A stretch of 32,000 nt of DNA. It comes from Propionibacterium freudenreichii subsp. freudenreichii (GTDB lineage Bacteria > Actinomycetota > Actinomycetes > Propionibacteriales > Propionibacteriaceae). A model generated the notes under the pieces. It was not told where the DNA came from. It saw only the letters and a list, made by a program, of their open reading frames with translations, and ran no database searches. The stretch covers positions 90,001 through 122,000 of the forward strand of contig NZ_CP010341.1 in NCBI RefSeq assembly GCF_000940845.1, given 5' to 3'. Position numbers and translations under genes: made by a program. Below are positions 22,651 through 32,000 of this stretch, piece by piece. Position 1 is the first letter of the stretch; each line of letters starts with the position of its first letter.

Positions 22651-25600
22651 TCAGGCCAGCAGTGCGCGGATGTCGTCCACGCTGATCGCGCCCGATGCCA
22701 GCGCCTGGTCGCCGACCACCTGGTCGAAGAGATCGCGCTTGCGCTGCTGCAGCGCCACCACCTTCTCCTCGATCGTGTTGGTCGACACCATGCGGTAGAC
22801 CATCACCTGCTTGTCCTGGCCGATGCGGTGCGTACGGTCGATCGCCTGGTTCTCGGCCGCCGGGTTCCACCACGGGTCCAGCACGTACACATAGTCGGCC
22901 TCGGTCAGCGTCAGGCCGAAACCGCCGGCCTTGAGGCTGATCAGGAAGGCCGTGGCATTGCCGTCCTTGAAGCGCTGCACGCGCTCATCGCGGTGCCGGG
23001 TGCGTCCGTCGAGGTACTCCCACTCGATGCCCTCGGTGGTCAGCCGGTCGCGCACCAGGTGCAGGAAGCTGGTGAACTGGCTGAACACCAGGGCCCGGTG
23101 GTTCTCGCCGGCCAGTGCGCGCAGGTGCTCCACCAGGGTGTCGATCTTGGCCGAGCCGATGTTGAGCATCTTCTCGTCCACCAGGCCGGGCGCCAGGCTC
23201 AGCTGGCGCAGGCGGGTGAGCGCGGCAAGGATCTCGATGCGGTGGTGGCGGGCGTCGCCCAACAGTCCCAGCGTGTTCATCCGCTCGGCCTGCAGCTGGC
23301 GATCGTAGATGCGGCGGTGCTCGCGGCCCAGCGTCACCGGCAGGATGAACTCCTGCTTCGGCGGCAACTCGGCGGCCACCTCATGCTTGGTGCGGCGCAG
23401 CATGAGCGGACGGATCCGTCGCTTCAGCTCGTCGACGCGTCCCGGCCCGGTGCCGGTCTCCACCGGCTTCACATAGCGCTCGGTGAACGCCTTCGGATCG
23501 GGGAAGACGCCCGGCGCGGTGATCGACAGCAGCGACCACAGGTCCATCAGCGAGTTCTCCAGCGGCGTGCCGGTGATGGCCAGGCGCAGGTGGGCGCGCA
23601 GTTCGCGGATCACTGCGTAGGTCTTGGCCTCGCGGTTCTTGATGAACTGGGCCTCGTCGAGCACCAGCATGCTCCAGTCGAGTGCCTGGAACTGCTTGGC
23701 GTCCAGACGGGTCAACGTGTATGAGGTGACCACCAGGTCGGCGTCCTTGATGGCCTCGGCCAGCGGCACACCCGACTTGCGGGAGGTCTCGTCGATCATC
23801 ACCACGTTGAGGCCCGGCACGAACTTCTTCGCCTCGCCCGTCCAGGCGCCCATCACCGACGTGGGGGCGATCACCAGGGAGGGATTGCGGGGACGCGAGT
23901 CCTCGTGCAGGCGCTCCACCAGGCACAGGGTCTGCAGTGTCTTGCCCAGGCCCATGTCGTCGGCGAGGATGCCGCCGAGCCCGGCGTCCCACAGCGCGGA
24001 GAGCCAGCCATAGCCCTCCACCTGGTAGGGCCGCAGCTCGGCATGCACGCCGGCGGGCACCGGCGGGGTGGGGGCGGTGCCGACGTCGAGCAACGCTTGC
24101 ACGCGACGACGCCAGCGCGCCGATTCGATCGTGGCGATTCCCGACGTGGCCAGTTCCTCCCACAGCCCCAGTTGCCAGCGGCTGATGCCCACGGTGCCGG
24201 CGCCGGGTTCCACCATCGTGGACGCCTCCTGCACCAGCGCGCGCAGGGGATCGAGCTCGCGGCGGTCGAGTGCCAGCCACGAGCCGGAGTCGAGGATCAG
24301 GTAGTCCTGGCCGGCCACCAGCGCGGCCAGCAGTTCGCGGGCCGGCACCGGTTCGTCGCCGATGCGCACATCGATGTCAAGGTCGAACCAGTCGGTGGCG
24401 GGGCGTTCCTGGGATTCCTCGGCCGCCGAACTCACGTCATCGGACGCGTCGGCGTCGGCGTCCTCCTCGTGGCCCTCGGCGTCGCGGTCGGTGACGGTCA
24501 GCCGCACGTCGGCGGTGCCGGTGAGCTCCTCGAAGCTGGGGCGCTTGCCCACGATGTCGACGCGCACGCGCTCGTCGGCCTGCAGCGTGTCCAGGTAGTT
24601 GCTGACGAAGTCGAGCATGTCGCGTCCGGTCAGCACGCTGTGTCCGGGGCCCCCGGCCATGTCGCGCAGTTCGGAGTACAGGGCCATCGTGTCGCGGTCC
24701 AGGCGCACCCGCTTGGCCTCGTCGGGCGTCAGCTCGGCGACCTGGCCGTCGGACGACAGGTAGATGCCGATGTCCAGGGTGAGTTCGCCGGCGGTGCTGA
24801 AATCGGCGCGCACCCAACATCCGGCGGTCGGCTGCTGGTCGGGCTCGACGCTGCCGTCGGTGCTCACCAGGTCCATCCGGTCGCGCAGGAAGGGCGCGTA
24901 GAGGCCCAGGAAGCGCGGCAGGTCCTCGGCCGGGAGCTTCAGCGCCGTGCTGTCCTCCAGCAGGGGACGCAGGCTCGCGTCCACATTGTCGGCCAGCGGG
25001 GTGAGGCGCAGTGCACCGCGCGGTTCGGTGCGCAGCAGGCCGTGCGGCGGGTTGCCCAGCAGCAGCCATCCGCTGCGGAAGGGCTCCACCGTGTCGCCCT
25101 CACGCAGGATGGTGCGCAGTTCGAAATCCGAGGGGTCCTTCGTGTCCGTGGTGTCATCGGCGTTCTTGCCCGAGGGCTTGGACGTGCCTGCAGGCCGCGA
25201 CGCGCTCGCGGAATGGGGCGCGGCCACGATGTCGAGGCCCAGGGTGGCCGGGTGGTCGTCCACGGTCACCGGCGCCCACGCATTGTCGCCGAGCTTGTGC
25301 AGGAAGGTGACGCCGGTGTTGGCGGCTCGACGCAGCACGCGCCACAGCTCGGGGGGCATCCGCTCCAACAGGATGTCGCCGGCGCGGCGTCCGCCCTGGG
25401 TGGCCAGGCGTTCGAGTCCGCGCAGCGCGTTGAGCTGGTCGGCGCGCGCGGCCAGCGTGATGCCGGGGTGGTTGATGTCGTGCCAGCTCATGTGGGCGCG
25501 CTGCCACTCGCCGTCGGGTCCGGCACGCAGGGCGCTGATGCGCCACCGGGAGTCGGCACCGAAGCCTGCGACGCCCTCCACCTGCTCGAACTGCAGGGCC

Positions 25601-26049
25601 AGCTCGCGCTCGCCGTCGGAGTCGAAGCGGGGCAGCGCGGGGGACAGCGCCGTCTCCCAGGCCGCCTTCTCGTGGCCGTGCTGCACGGGGGCCTGCGTGG
25701 CGACCACCTCGGTGGCGTCCGCCTTGGCCGTGAGCATCAGGGCCGTTGCGTGCACACAGGGGTTGGGGTTCCCGCAGTCGCAGCGATCAGACCAGGTGGC
25801 GATGCGCACCGGGTAGCCGATCAGCTGGATCTCGGGGTGGAACTCGTGGGTCTGGCCGCTGCTGGAATCGGCCACGTCGGCCTTGATGCGCCCGCCGTCT
25901 GCCACGAGATTCGTGACGACACGAGCGCCTTCGCTGAGCGCGGAAGCCTGATCGATCAGATCCTGCCCATAGTGGGCCCGCAGTATTCCCTCCGAGAGTC
26001 CACGTAGCCACTGCCTAGTGATGTCCGGGGTTCGACTGCGCGCATTCAT
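22651..26049 (-). CDS. SWIM zinc-finger + SNF2-family helicase/ATPase (HelZ-like), 1132 aa
   Basis: The ATG at 26049 lies within ORF 22651..26214. The SWIM motif is CDCGNPNPCVH. The SNF2_N motifs are LRPYQVEGYGWL, ILADDMGLGKT and LVLDEAQFIKN. The helicase-C motifs are LVFSQFTSFL and LDPWWNPAAENQAIDRTHRIGQ. Confidence 0.9.
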   Translation of the reverse strand: MNARSRTPDITRQWLRGLSEGILRAHYGQDLIDQASALSEGARVVTNLVADGGRIKADVADSSSGQTHEFHPEIQLIGYPVRIATWSDRCDCGNPNPCVHATALMLTAKADATEVVATQAPVQHGHEKAAWETALSPALPRFDSDGERELALQFEQVEGVAGFGADSRWRISALRAGPDGEWQRAHMSWHDINHPGITLAARADQLNALRGLERLATQGGRRAGDILLERMPPELWRVLRRAANTGVTFLHKLGDNAWAPVTVDDHPATLGLDIVAAPHSASASRPAGTSKPSGKNADDTTDTKDPSDFELRTILREGDTVEPFRSGWLLLGNPPHGLLRTEPRGALRLTPLADNVDASLRPLLEDSTALKLPAEDLPRFLGLYAPFLRDRMDLVSTDGSVEPDQQPTAGCWVRADFSTAGELTLDIGIYLSSDGQVAELTPDEAKRVRLDRDTMALYSELRDMAGGPGHSVLTGRDMLDFVSNYLDTLQADERVRVDIVGKRPSFEELTGTADVRLTVTDRDAEGHEEDADADASDDVSSAAEESQERPATDWFDLDIDVRIGDEPVPARELLAALVAGQDYLILDSGSWLALDRRELDPLRALVQEASTMVEPGAGTVGISRWQLGLWEELATSGIATIESARWRRRVQALLDVGTAPTPPVPAGVHAELRPYQVEGYGWLSALWDAGLGGILADDMGLGKTLQTLCLVERLHEDSRPRNPSLVIAPTSVMGAWTGEAKKFVPGLNVVMIDETSRKSGVPLAEAIKDADLVVTSYTLTRLDAKQFQALDWSMLVLDEAQFIKNREAKTYAVIRELRAHLRLAITGTPLENSLMDLWSLLSITAPGVFPDPKAFTERYVKPVETGTGPGRVDELKRRIRPLMLRRTKHEVAAELPPKQEFILPVTLGREHRRIYDRQLQAERMNTLGLLGDARHHRIEILAALTRLRQLSLAPGLVDEKMLNIGSAKIDTLVEHLRALAGENHRALVFSQFTSFLHLVRDRLTTEGIEWEYLDGRTRHRDERVQRFKDGNATAFLISLKAGGFGLTLTEADYVYVLDPWWNPAAENQAIDRTHRIGQDKQVMVYRMVSTNTIEEKVVALQQRKRDLFDQVVGDQALASGAISVDDIRALLA

Positions 26050-26661
26050 CCTTTCCACTCTACGTGTTGTTGCCGATCGACGCCTGTCGACGACTTCCGG
26101 TGGGCATCGCCCAGCAGGTCCCACGGGCCCCGGTTCACGCTCAGGAGACCCTCTTATAGGGCGGCCACCCGGTGCTGCGTGGTGCGGCTCCCGGGTGGCC
26201 CTGTGTGCTCCCACAGGAAGCCGGTGGGTCGGCCCGCCGAACGCTGCGCCGATGACAGCACGGGGCCGTTCCTGCGGGGCTGTGGGGCCGCCGACCCCGT
26301 CACAGGCTATGAAAACCCTGTGGACTGCATGTCAGGACACTCTCAAGCTTGACTTGTGCCATGGCGGCATAGCCGGTTGACAGCGCGGACCCAAACGTTG
26401 TTAGACCTCAATTGCCTCCACTGCGTGGGGGTGCTTCCCGCAAGGGTGTCGAGCTAGCGAGACGCGAGTGATCGTTCTCCGGAGTACTCACGGACGTGTC
26501 GCGGACATCCAGGTTTGAAGCTTTCGGTCTCAAGAAACGAGGATTCTTGCGAGTTCTGTTTGGAAGCGTGCAGCTGTCGCTGCACTCGCCGCAACCGTCG
26601 GTAGCGTGGGCCTTGTTGGCACCGCCGCTGCCGCCCCCGCCGACGCCACCGGTGGTGTCAT

Positions 26662-27749
26662 AGCGTCGAAGCAACACTCCCGGTCGGCGGGGGTCTGATC
26701 GGTGGAGTGTGCGGATGGCGCGGGTGGGGTTGTCGTTCAGTGACAGGTCGGAGATCTCGACGGCCTCGAAAGCGGGCTGGTCGGTGCGGAGGATCGCCCG
26801 TCACCTGGGGCGTTGCCCGTCGGTGATCTTGCGGGAGCTTCACCGGAACTCGACGAAGACCCGCGGCTACCAGGCCGTGACCGCAGACGTCAGAGCGCAG
26901 CGTCGGCGGGCTCGCCCGCAGCAGCGGAAGGTCGCGGGGGATCCGGTGCTGCAGGCGAGGGTGGAGGCGGATCTGGCCGCGTCGTGGACGCCGAACGAGA
27001 TAGCGGGCCGGTTGCGTCTGGAGGCGACAGACCCGACCGTTGAACGCATGGCGAACTCTGCTGACGCACGCGGCCGAACCGTCTCCGGTGAGGCTATCTA
27101 CCAGTACATCTACGCAATCCCGAAGGGTGAGCTCGCCCGCAAGGGCATCTTCCTGCAGTCCAAGCGGACCAAGCGCCGACCACGTACGACCGGGCGGACG
27201 CGCGGTGGCCCAATCGTAGGTATGGTCCCGATCGCGGAGCGAGGTGAGGACGCCGCCCAGCGTCGGGTGCCGGGGCACTGGGAGGGTGACCTGATCATCG
27301 GGAAGAACGGCACCTCGTGCGCGGCGACGCTGGTGGAGCGGATGAGCGGGTTCACCGGGCTGCTGGCCCTGTCCTCGAAACACGCCGAGCCAACCGCTGA
27401 CGCGGTCATCGAGTTTTTCAACGACTTGCCCGAGATGATGAAGGCATCGTTGGCGTGGGACCAGGGCAGCGAGATGGCCCAGCACGCGAAGGTCTCCCTG
27501 GCCACGGCGATGCCGGTCTACTTCGCCGATCCCCACTCGCCCTGGCAGAGGCCCAGCAACGAGAACACGAACCGGCTCTACCGGGAGTATCTGCCCAAGG
27601 GCACGGTGATCCCCGATCACCAGCCCTACCTCACCACCATCGCCGAGGAGATCAACAATCGACCCCGCCGCCGACTGGGCTATCTCACGCCCACCGAGGC
27701 ATTCGCTCGACTGCTCGCCGGCGAGCCCCATGTTGCTTCGACGCCTTGA
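26662..27749 (+). mobile_element. IS30-family insertion sequence (about 1088 bp)
   Basis: It has a 14-bp perfect terminal inverted repeat, GCGTCGAAGCAACA (26663-26676 and the reverse complement of 27731-27744). A 3-bp direct repeat CAT flanks it (26659-26661 and 27750-27752). The ends are good to a few bp. Confidence 0.75.
26709..27749 (+). CDS. IS30-family transposase, 346 aa
   Basis: Start at the GTG at 26709 or the ATG at 26715. It has an N-terminal HTH (GWSVRRIARHLGRCPSVILREL) and the DDE-region motifs HWEGDLI, WDQGSEM and PWQRPSNENTNRLYREYLPKG. Confidence 0.9.
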   Translation: MRMARVGLSFSDRSEISTASKAGWSVRRIARHLGRCPSVILRELHRNSTKTRGYQAVTADVRAQRRRARPQQRKVAGDPVLQARVEADLAASWTPNEIAGRLRLEATDPTVERMANSADARGRTVSGEAIYQYIYAIPKGELARKGIFLQSKRTKRRPRTTGRTRGGPIVGMVPIAERGEDAAQRRVPGHWEGDLIIGKNGTSCAATLVERMSGFTGLLALSSKHAEPTADAVIEFFNDLPEMMKASLAWDQGSEMAQHAKVSLATAMPVYFADPHSPWQRPSNENTNRLYREYLPKGTVIPDHQPYLTTIAEEINNRPRRRLGYLTPTEAFARLLAGEPHVASTP

Positions 27750-29490
27750 CATCGCCACCAGCCCGACGCCCACTTCGGCGTTCGCCAAGGGCTCTTCCTA
27801 CCTGCCCGGTTTCGACACCAGCTCGGATCAGGCCAAGTCGGAATGGTTCTTCGGCCGCGCTCGTAGCCAGGCTGCCTCCATCAATGGCAGCCTTCTCTCG
27901 GCTTCCGGTGGCGTGAACCTGTACGGCGACTACGCCTACTCCGATTCCCGTGGCTTCAAGTACGACAACACGTACAAGAGCGAGTCCACGGAAAACTGGG
28001 GCATTCTCAACGACAACCAGCTTGAGGGTCAGGACAACCGTTCCTACTCCGCCAACGTCGTCATCCATGGCGCCGTTGCCAACAACTGGCTGATCAACTT
28101 CGCTTGGTCGCCCGAGGCCTTCGCCACGCACACGCTGGCAACCGTCTCTGACAATGGTGGCAAGGCTTACGGTGGCAACACCGCCGTCAACACCGGCTTC
28201 TTCAACCTGAAGCTCGGCACCATCCAGCAGGAGAGCAACTGGCCCGCCGTCATCAACGGCACCAGCAACACGCTCGCCTCGTCGCAGATCAGCGACTCCA
28301 CCGGTTGGGCCATCAAGAGCATTCTTGGTTGGGACGGTCAGATTCTTGACTGGACCGGCATGAAGTTCCTGCCCGTGCTCGATCTGGGCGTGTTCTCCAG
28401 CGCTGACAACGTGACCCTGGCCGATCAGGCCAACGGCACCAAGTCGGTCACCGCGAGCTCGACCCTCAACCAGGGTCAGTTCAGCCTGCTGGGCGACCTG
28501 CTGAAGCTCAAGTGGGGCGAGGGCGAGCGCACCGCGACCGCCACTGGTGTTGCTGGTACCGCGACGGCGACCACCGCACCGCTGAGCGACATCACCGTGT
28601 CGACGATCTTCGGCCTGGGCGCCACCATCAAGCCCGGCGCCACCTGGGATCTCTCGAAGCTGGGCCTCATTGGCCAGGCCGCGAGCGTCCTTGCTGATCT
28701 GTCCCTCGGCCTGCCCGGTCAGAACAAGACCGTGGTTGCCGACGACGGCACGCACGCTGAAGCCCACCAGACCGGCCTCGGTATCACCGCTGGCCTGAAG
28801 ATCGCTGCCAACACCGGTCAGCTGCTCTCCTTCTCCGCGACCCTCGGTTCGCAGGACGTTGAGGCGCAGGCTCCCGAAGGCGGCATCGTTCTTCCTGGCG
28901 CTGAGTGCAACACTCAGTACTTCAGCGATGTCACCCCGGACATGCAGTTCTTCAATGACATCTGCTGGCTGAAGGAAAAGGGCATCACCACCGGTTGGCC
29001 TGACGGCACCTACCGTCCCGTCACCCCGATCAACCGTGACGCCATGATCGCCTTCATCTACCGCCTCGCTGGTAGCCCGGCCTACACGCCCACCAAGCAG
29101 ACCTTCTCCGATGTTGACCCGAGCAACATGTACTACAAGGAGATCGAGTGGGCAGCTGCTAACGGCATCACCACCGGTTGGCCTGACGGAACCTTCCGTC
29201 CTGTCACCCCGGTTGCTCGTGACGCCATGGCCGCCTTCCTCTACCGTCAGGCCGGTAGCCCCGACGTGACGCTGCCGAAGGACCCGAGCTTCACCGATGT
29301 TCCTGCAGACAACATGTTCTACAAGGAGATCGAGTGGATGCAGGCCAAGGGCATCGCTGCTGGCTGGGATGACGGCACCTACCGTCCGCTCAATGACACC
29401 AACCGCGACGCGATGGCTGCATTCATCCACCGCGCTGTGAACCAGGGCATCATCACCCTCAAGTGATTGATTTAGCACCCTAAGTATGTA

Positions 29491-29532
29491 GAAGGGGGTG
29501 TCCCCCACCTCAAGGTGGGGGACACCCCCTTC
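29491..29532 (+). terminator. Perfect 19-bp stem-loop after the S-layer gene
   Basis: GAAGGGGGTGTCCCCCACC-tcaa-GGTGGGGGACACCCCCTTC begins 25 nt after the stop at 29466. Confidence 0.7.
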
Positions 29533-29568
29533 TCATGTAATCTGTAGCGGGACAGGAAAAGTTGGTTT

Positions 29569-30288
29569 ATGAGCTCGGAAGACAGCACCCAGGCAGGCCC
29601 CCAACGCGGCGAAACGCCCGATGGCGGCAACAGGAAAAAGGCACTGATCATCGGCGCGATCGTTGTCGCGGTGGTCGTGATTGCTGCGGTCGTGTTCTTC
29701 GCCGTGCGCGGCAGTGGTAACAGTGGTTCGTCCAAGTCGGCCTCTGCAGCTGCATCGACGTCCGTGGCCCAGGCCTCAGGCGACATGGGTTCGGCCTCCG
29801 CCAGTGGTAGTTACTCCGGCGTGATGCGCTCGATGATCGATGAGGAGAAGTCGGCCGGTGTGCCCAGCCTGAAGCAGGAGCACGTTGACATCCCGCCTGC
29901 CGAGAATGGTGGCACCGGTTACTGCGGTCGCATCCAGGACTTCAAGAAGTTCACCGATGCGAACAGCCAGGCCGGCACCGTGCAAACAGCCCAGGAGCTG
30001 AATGCACGCTGGACCGAGATGGCCAATGCGGCCCAGAAGATCTCTGACGAGGCTCCCGACCAGGGTGCCAAGGACGCATGGAAGAAGTACGCCGACGCCA
30101 CCAACGCGGTGAACAACGCCATTGGTCCGGTCAGCAATCCTGATGACGTGGCCAAGAAGCTCAATGACCAGGGCTTCGCCACCGCCTTCAACAACTTCAA
30201 CAACTCCTGGAACGACCTGGTGAAGAACTACAAGGACGCGATCGCTGGATCGTGCTCCGTCACCCTCGTCGGCCAGGCAACTGCATAA
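29569..30288 (+). CDS. Hypothetical single-pass membrane-anchored protein, 239 aa
   Basis: Full ORF with AGGAAAAG upstream. It has a charged N-terminus, one TM helix (ALIIGAIVVAVVVIAAVVFFAV), a Ser/Ala-rich linker and a helical Lys/Asp/Asn-rich ectodomain. I recognise no family. Confidence 0.6.
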   Translation: MSSEDSTQAGPQRGETPDGGNRKKALIIGAIVVAVVVIAAVVFFAVRGSGNSGSSKSASAAASTSVAQASGDMGSASASGSYSGVMRSMIDEEKSAGVPSLKQEHVDIPPAENGGTGYCGRIQDFKKFTDANSQAGTVQTAQELNARWTEMANAAQKISDEAPDQGAKDAWKKYADATNAVNNAIGPVSNPDDVAKKLNDQGFATAFNNFNNSWNDLVKNYKDAIAGSCSVTLVGQATA

Positions 30289-30316
30289 GCACCTGTTGAG
30301 CCCAGCTCAATCCTGA

Positions 30317-30355
30317 GGTTCGGCCCGCCATCCTTCGTGGATGGCGGGCCGAACC
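30317..30355 (+). terminator. Stem-loop after the hypothetical membrane protein gene
   Basis: GGTTCGGCCCGCCATCC (30317-30333) pairs with GGATGGCGGGCCGAACC (30339-30355), a 17-bp perfect stem with a 5-nt loop. Confidence 0.65.
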
Positions 30356-30519
30356 CGTTCGCTGGCCATCGGCTCCCGATGCGAGGACGCGCCCGCGTCG
30401 GCACCCGGGTCGGCAGGTGGGTTGCGGCACTGCGGACTTCGCAGGCATCCGGGGCAGGCCATGGATACCCGGGCCTGACATTTCCGGGCGAGCGAGTACG
30501 CACCCACTAGGCTCGACGC

Positions 30520-31323
30520 ATGGCGCTATTGATCGGATCGCACGTAGAGCAGGAAGACCCCATCGCGGGGGCAAGGGTGCATGGCGCCGAGATTGCGCAG
30601 ATCTCCCTGGGCGATCCACGAAGTTGGAAGGGCCCGGTGGTGGAGTTCCCCGGCGGGGCACCGGCGCTGCGCGAGGCCGCGCAGCAGGCGAACCTGCCGC
30701 TGGTGGTGCACGCCCCCTTCGTGATCAACGTGGCCAGCACCAACAACCGCATCCGCATTCCGAGCCGCAAGCTGCTGCAGAAGCACGTCGATGCAGCCGC
30801 CGAGATCGGAGCCCTCGGGGTGGTGATCCACGGCGGGCATGTGGTCAAGGATGCCGATCCGGCCGATGGCTTCGCGCACTGGCACAAGGCGGTGGACGGC
30901 CTGGACGCCAAGGTGCCGATCTTCATTGAGAACACCGCCGGGGGACAGCACGCGATGGCGTGCACGCTCGAGGCGATCGAAAGGCTGTGGGATTCCATCT
31001 CCACCGCCGCGGCCTTTGCGCAGGTCGGCTTCTGCCTGGACACCTGCCACGCCCACGCCGCCGGCCTGGAACTGCACGGACTGGTCGACCGCATCAAGGC
31101 GATCACCGGCCGCATCGACCTGGTGCACGCCAACGACTCGCGTGATGCCTTCGGCTCGGGTGCCGATCGTCACGCCAACCTGGGCAAGGGCAAGGCTGAT
31201 GCCGCCGGCATCGTCGAGGTGGTGGCCACCTCCGGTGCCCCCGCCGTCGTGGAGACGCCTGGTGGCGCCGAGGACCAAGCAGCCGACATCGTGTGGCTGC
31301 GGGACAGGATTGCACAACTATGA
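30520..31323 (+). CDS. nfo: Deoxyribonuclease IV (endonuclease IV, AP endonuclease family 2), 267 aa
   Basis: Full ORF. It looks collinear with mycobacterial End/Nfo as I recall it: LIGSHV, VHAPFVINVAS, NRIRIPSRK, VIHGGH, IENTAGG, GFCLDTCHAHAAG, DRIKAITGRIDLVHANDSRD and DRHANLG. Confidence 0.92.
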   Translation: MALLIGSHVEQEDPIAGARVHGAEIAQISLGDPRSWKGPVVEFPGGAPALREAAQQANLPLVVHAPFVINVASTNNRIRIPSRKLLQKHVDAAAEIGALGVVIHGGHVVKDADPADGFAHWHKAVDGLDAKVPIFIENTAGGQHAMACTLEAIERLWDSISTAAAFAQVGFCLDTCHAHAAGLELHGLVDRIKAITGRIDLVHANDSRDAFGSGADRHANLGKGKADAAGIVEVVATSGAPAVVETPGGAEDQAADIVWLRDRIAQL

Positions 31324-32000
31324 CCGATCTTCGCGAACTGCCGTCACAGCCATTGGCGGTCGAGCCGGCGCACGTCGGCCTGATGGTGAAGGCGAGTGTG
31401 CAGGCCTTCGGTGACCGTCCCGCCACGCGCGTGCTGGTGGGCAAGCGATGGGTGGTGGCCAGCTACCGCGAGCTCGACGCCCGCGCCATGCAGATCGCCG
31501 CGGCGCTCATGTACTCCGGTGTCGAGAAGGGCGACCGGGTGGGTTTCTACTCGCGCAATCGCCCCGAATGGACCCAGGTTGACCTGGCGTGCCAGTTCAT
31601 CGGCGCCGTCTCGGTGCCCATCTACGCCACCGACACCGTCGATGAGGTGGTGTACATCGCCAATGACTGCGGCATGGTGGTGGCGTTTGCCGGACGCGCC
31701 GACGAGGCCGAGCGGATGGGCCAGGCGTCCGAACGCATCCCGAGCCTGCGCCGGGTGATCAGCTTCGACAGCTGCCCGCGCACCGATGTCACCTGGCTCG
31801 AATACTTTGCGCCGAGCGATCGCCCGGTGCCCGAGCAGGTGGTCTCGCGCATCAACGCCCGACTCAACAAGGCCAGCGGCGACGACCTCTTCTCGATCAT
31901 CTACACCTCCGGCACCACGGGCGCCCCGAAGGGCGTCAAGCTGGCGCACCGGGCCATCATGTCGGAGCTGGGTGCCCTGCACCGCAGCTTCCCGATCAGC
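31320..32000 (+). CDS. Long-chain fatty-acid--CoA ligase (AMP-binding enzyme), 5' partial, continues beyond the window
   Basis: This ORF is not in the ORF track because it is open at the window end. The ATG at 31320 overlaps the nfo stop (ATGA). My translation gives MTDLRELPSQPL...GDRVGFYSRNRPEWT...IIYTSGTTGAPKGV, which contains the AMP-binding P-loop motif. Confidence 0.85.
   Translation, partial: MTDLRELPSQPLAVEPAHVGLMVKASVQAFGDRPATRVLVGKRWVVASYRELDARAMQIAAALMYSGVEKGDRVGFYSRNRPEWTQVDLACQFIGAVSVPIYATDTVDEVVYIANDCGMVVAFAGRADEAERMGQASERIPSLRRVISFDSCPRTDVTWLEYFAPSDRPVPEQVVSRINARLNKASGDDLFSIIYTSGTTGAPKGVKLAHRAIMSELGALHRSFPIS

Larger units (their letters stand above)
26543..29466 (+). pseudogene. 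SLH-anchored surface-layer protein gene, interrupted after the signal peptide by an IS30-family element
   Basis: The 5' fragment (about 26543-26661) encodes ...WKRAAVAALAATVGSVGLVGTAAAAPADATGGV, a signal peptide. The 3' fragment (27750-29466) ends with three SLH repeats (FSDV/FTDV ... GITTGWPDGTYRPVTPINRDAMAAF). Removing the IS and one CAT restores the frame (GGV-I-ATSPTP). The 5' limit is uncertain because there is no canonical in-frame start. Confidence 0.8.

Noticed and set aside
22651-26049. SNF2/SWIM helicase as part of a phage-defence system (DISARM/BREX/Zorya-like)
   Set aside because: There is no adjacent methyltransferase, phospholipase-D, DUF1998, or other defence partner. It is flanked by convergent and divergent unrelated genes with terminators. 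The fused SWIM+SNF2 architecture matches the conserved actinobacterial HelZ-type housekeeping helicase.
26408-26677. 89-aa minus-strand ORF (MLLRRYDTTGGVGGGG…)
   Set aside because: It starts inside the IS30 terminal repeat and runs antisense to the S-layer signal-peptide exon. Its Gly-run sequence is the complement of the Ala/Pro-rich signal peptide.

Overview
This is a 32-kb high-GC actinobacterial chromosome segment. The gene content, an SLH-anchored surface-layer gene and the IS repertoire suggest a Propionibacteriaceae-like host, but that is inference only. Conserved housekeeping blocks surround an IS-riddled accessory region.

Left block (1-7.1 kb, all on the minus strand): a membrane-anchored thioredoxin-like protein and a DUF4395 protein; an unusually long 1.1-kb spacer rich in repeats and hairpins; a PlsC-family acyltransferase and an SDR (ATGA-coupled); ackA; and pta.

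Middle (7.3-19.4 kb): four ISL3-family elements and one single-ORF IS66-family element. The cargo between them is:
- a lipoprotein gene whose Shine-Dalgarno sequence was split from its start codon by an ISL3 insertion;
- an AT-richer cassette of a 750-aa modular peptidoglycan hydrolase with no signal peptide, cut in-frame by the IS66 element (8-bp TSD), followed 11 nt later by a small multi-TM, holin-like protein;
- a decayed cation-transporter-like gene;
- two small coupled ORFs cut off by an IS.

Right block (19.6-32 kb): an adaptor / ABC-ATPase / FtsX-permease operon; a SWIM+SNF2 (HelZ-like) helicase; a 3xSLH surface-layer gene interrupted just after its signal peptide by an IS30-family element; a membrane-anchored hypothetical protein; endonuclease IV; and the 5' part of an acyl-CoA ligase.

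I recognised no rRNA, tRNA or CRISPR array. The best candidate for an uncharacterised system is the endolysin/holin-like cassette, possibly with the convergent lipoprotein. The other notable points are the pattern of IS hits on cell-envelope genes, a start-codon-abutting hairpin conserved in all four ISL3 copies, and the structured 1.1-kb spacer. All homology statements come from motif recognition by eye; no database search was run.
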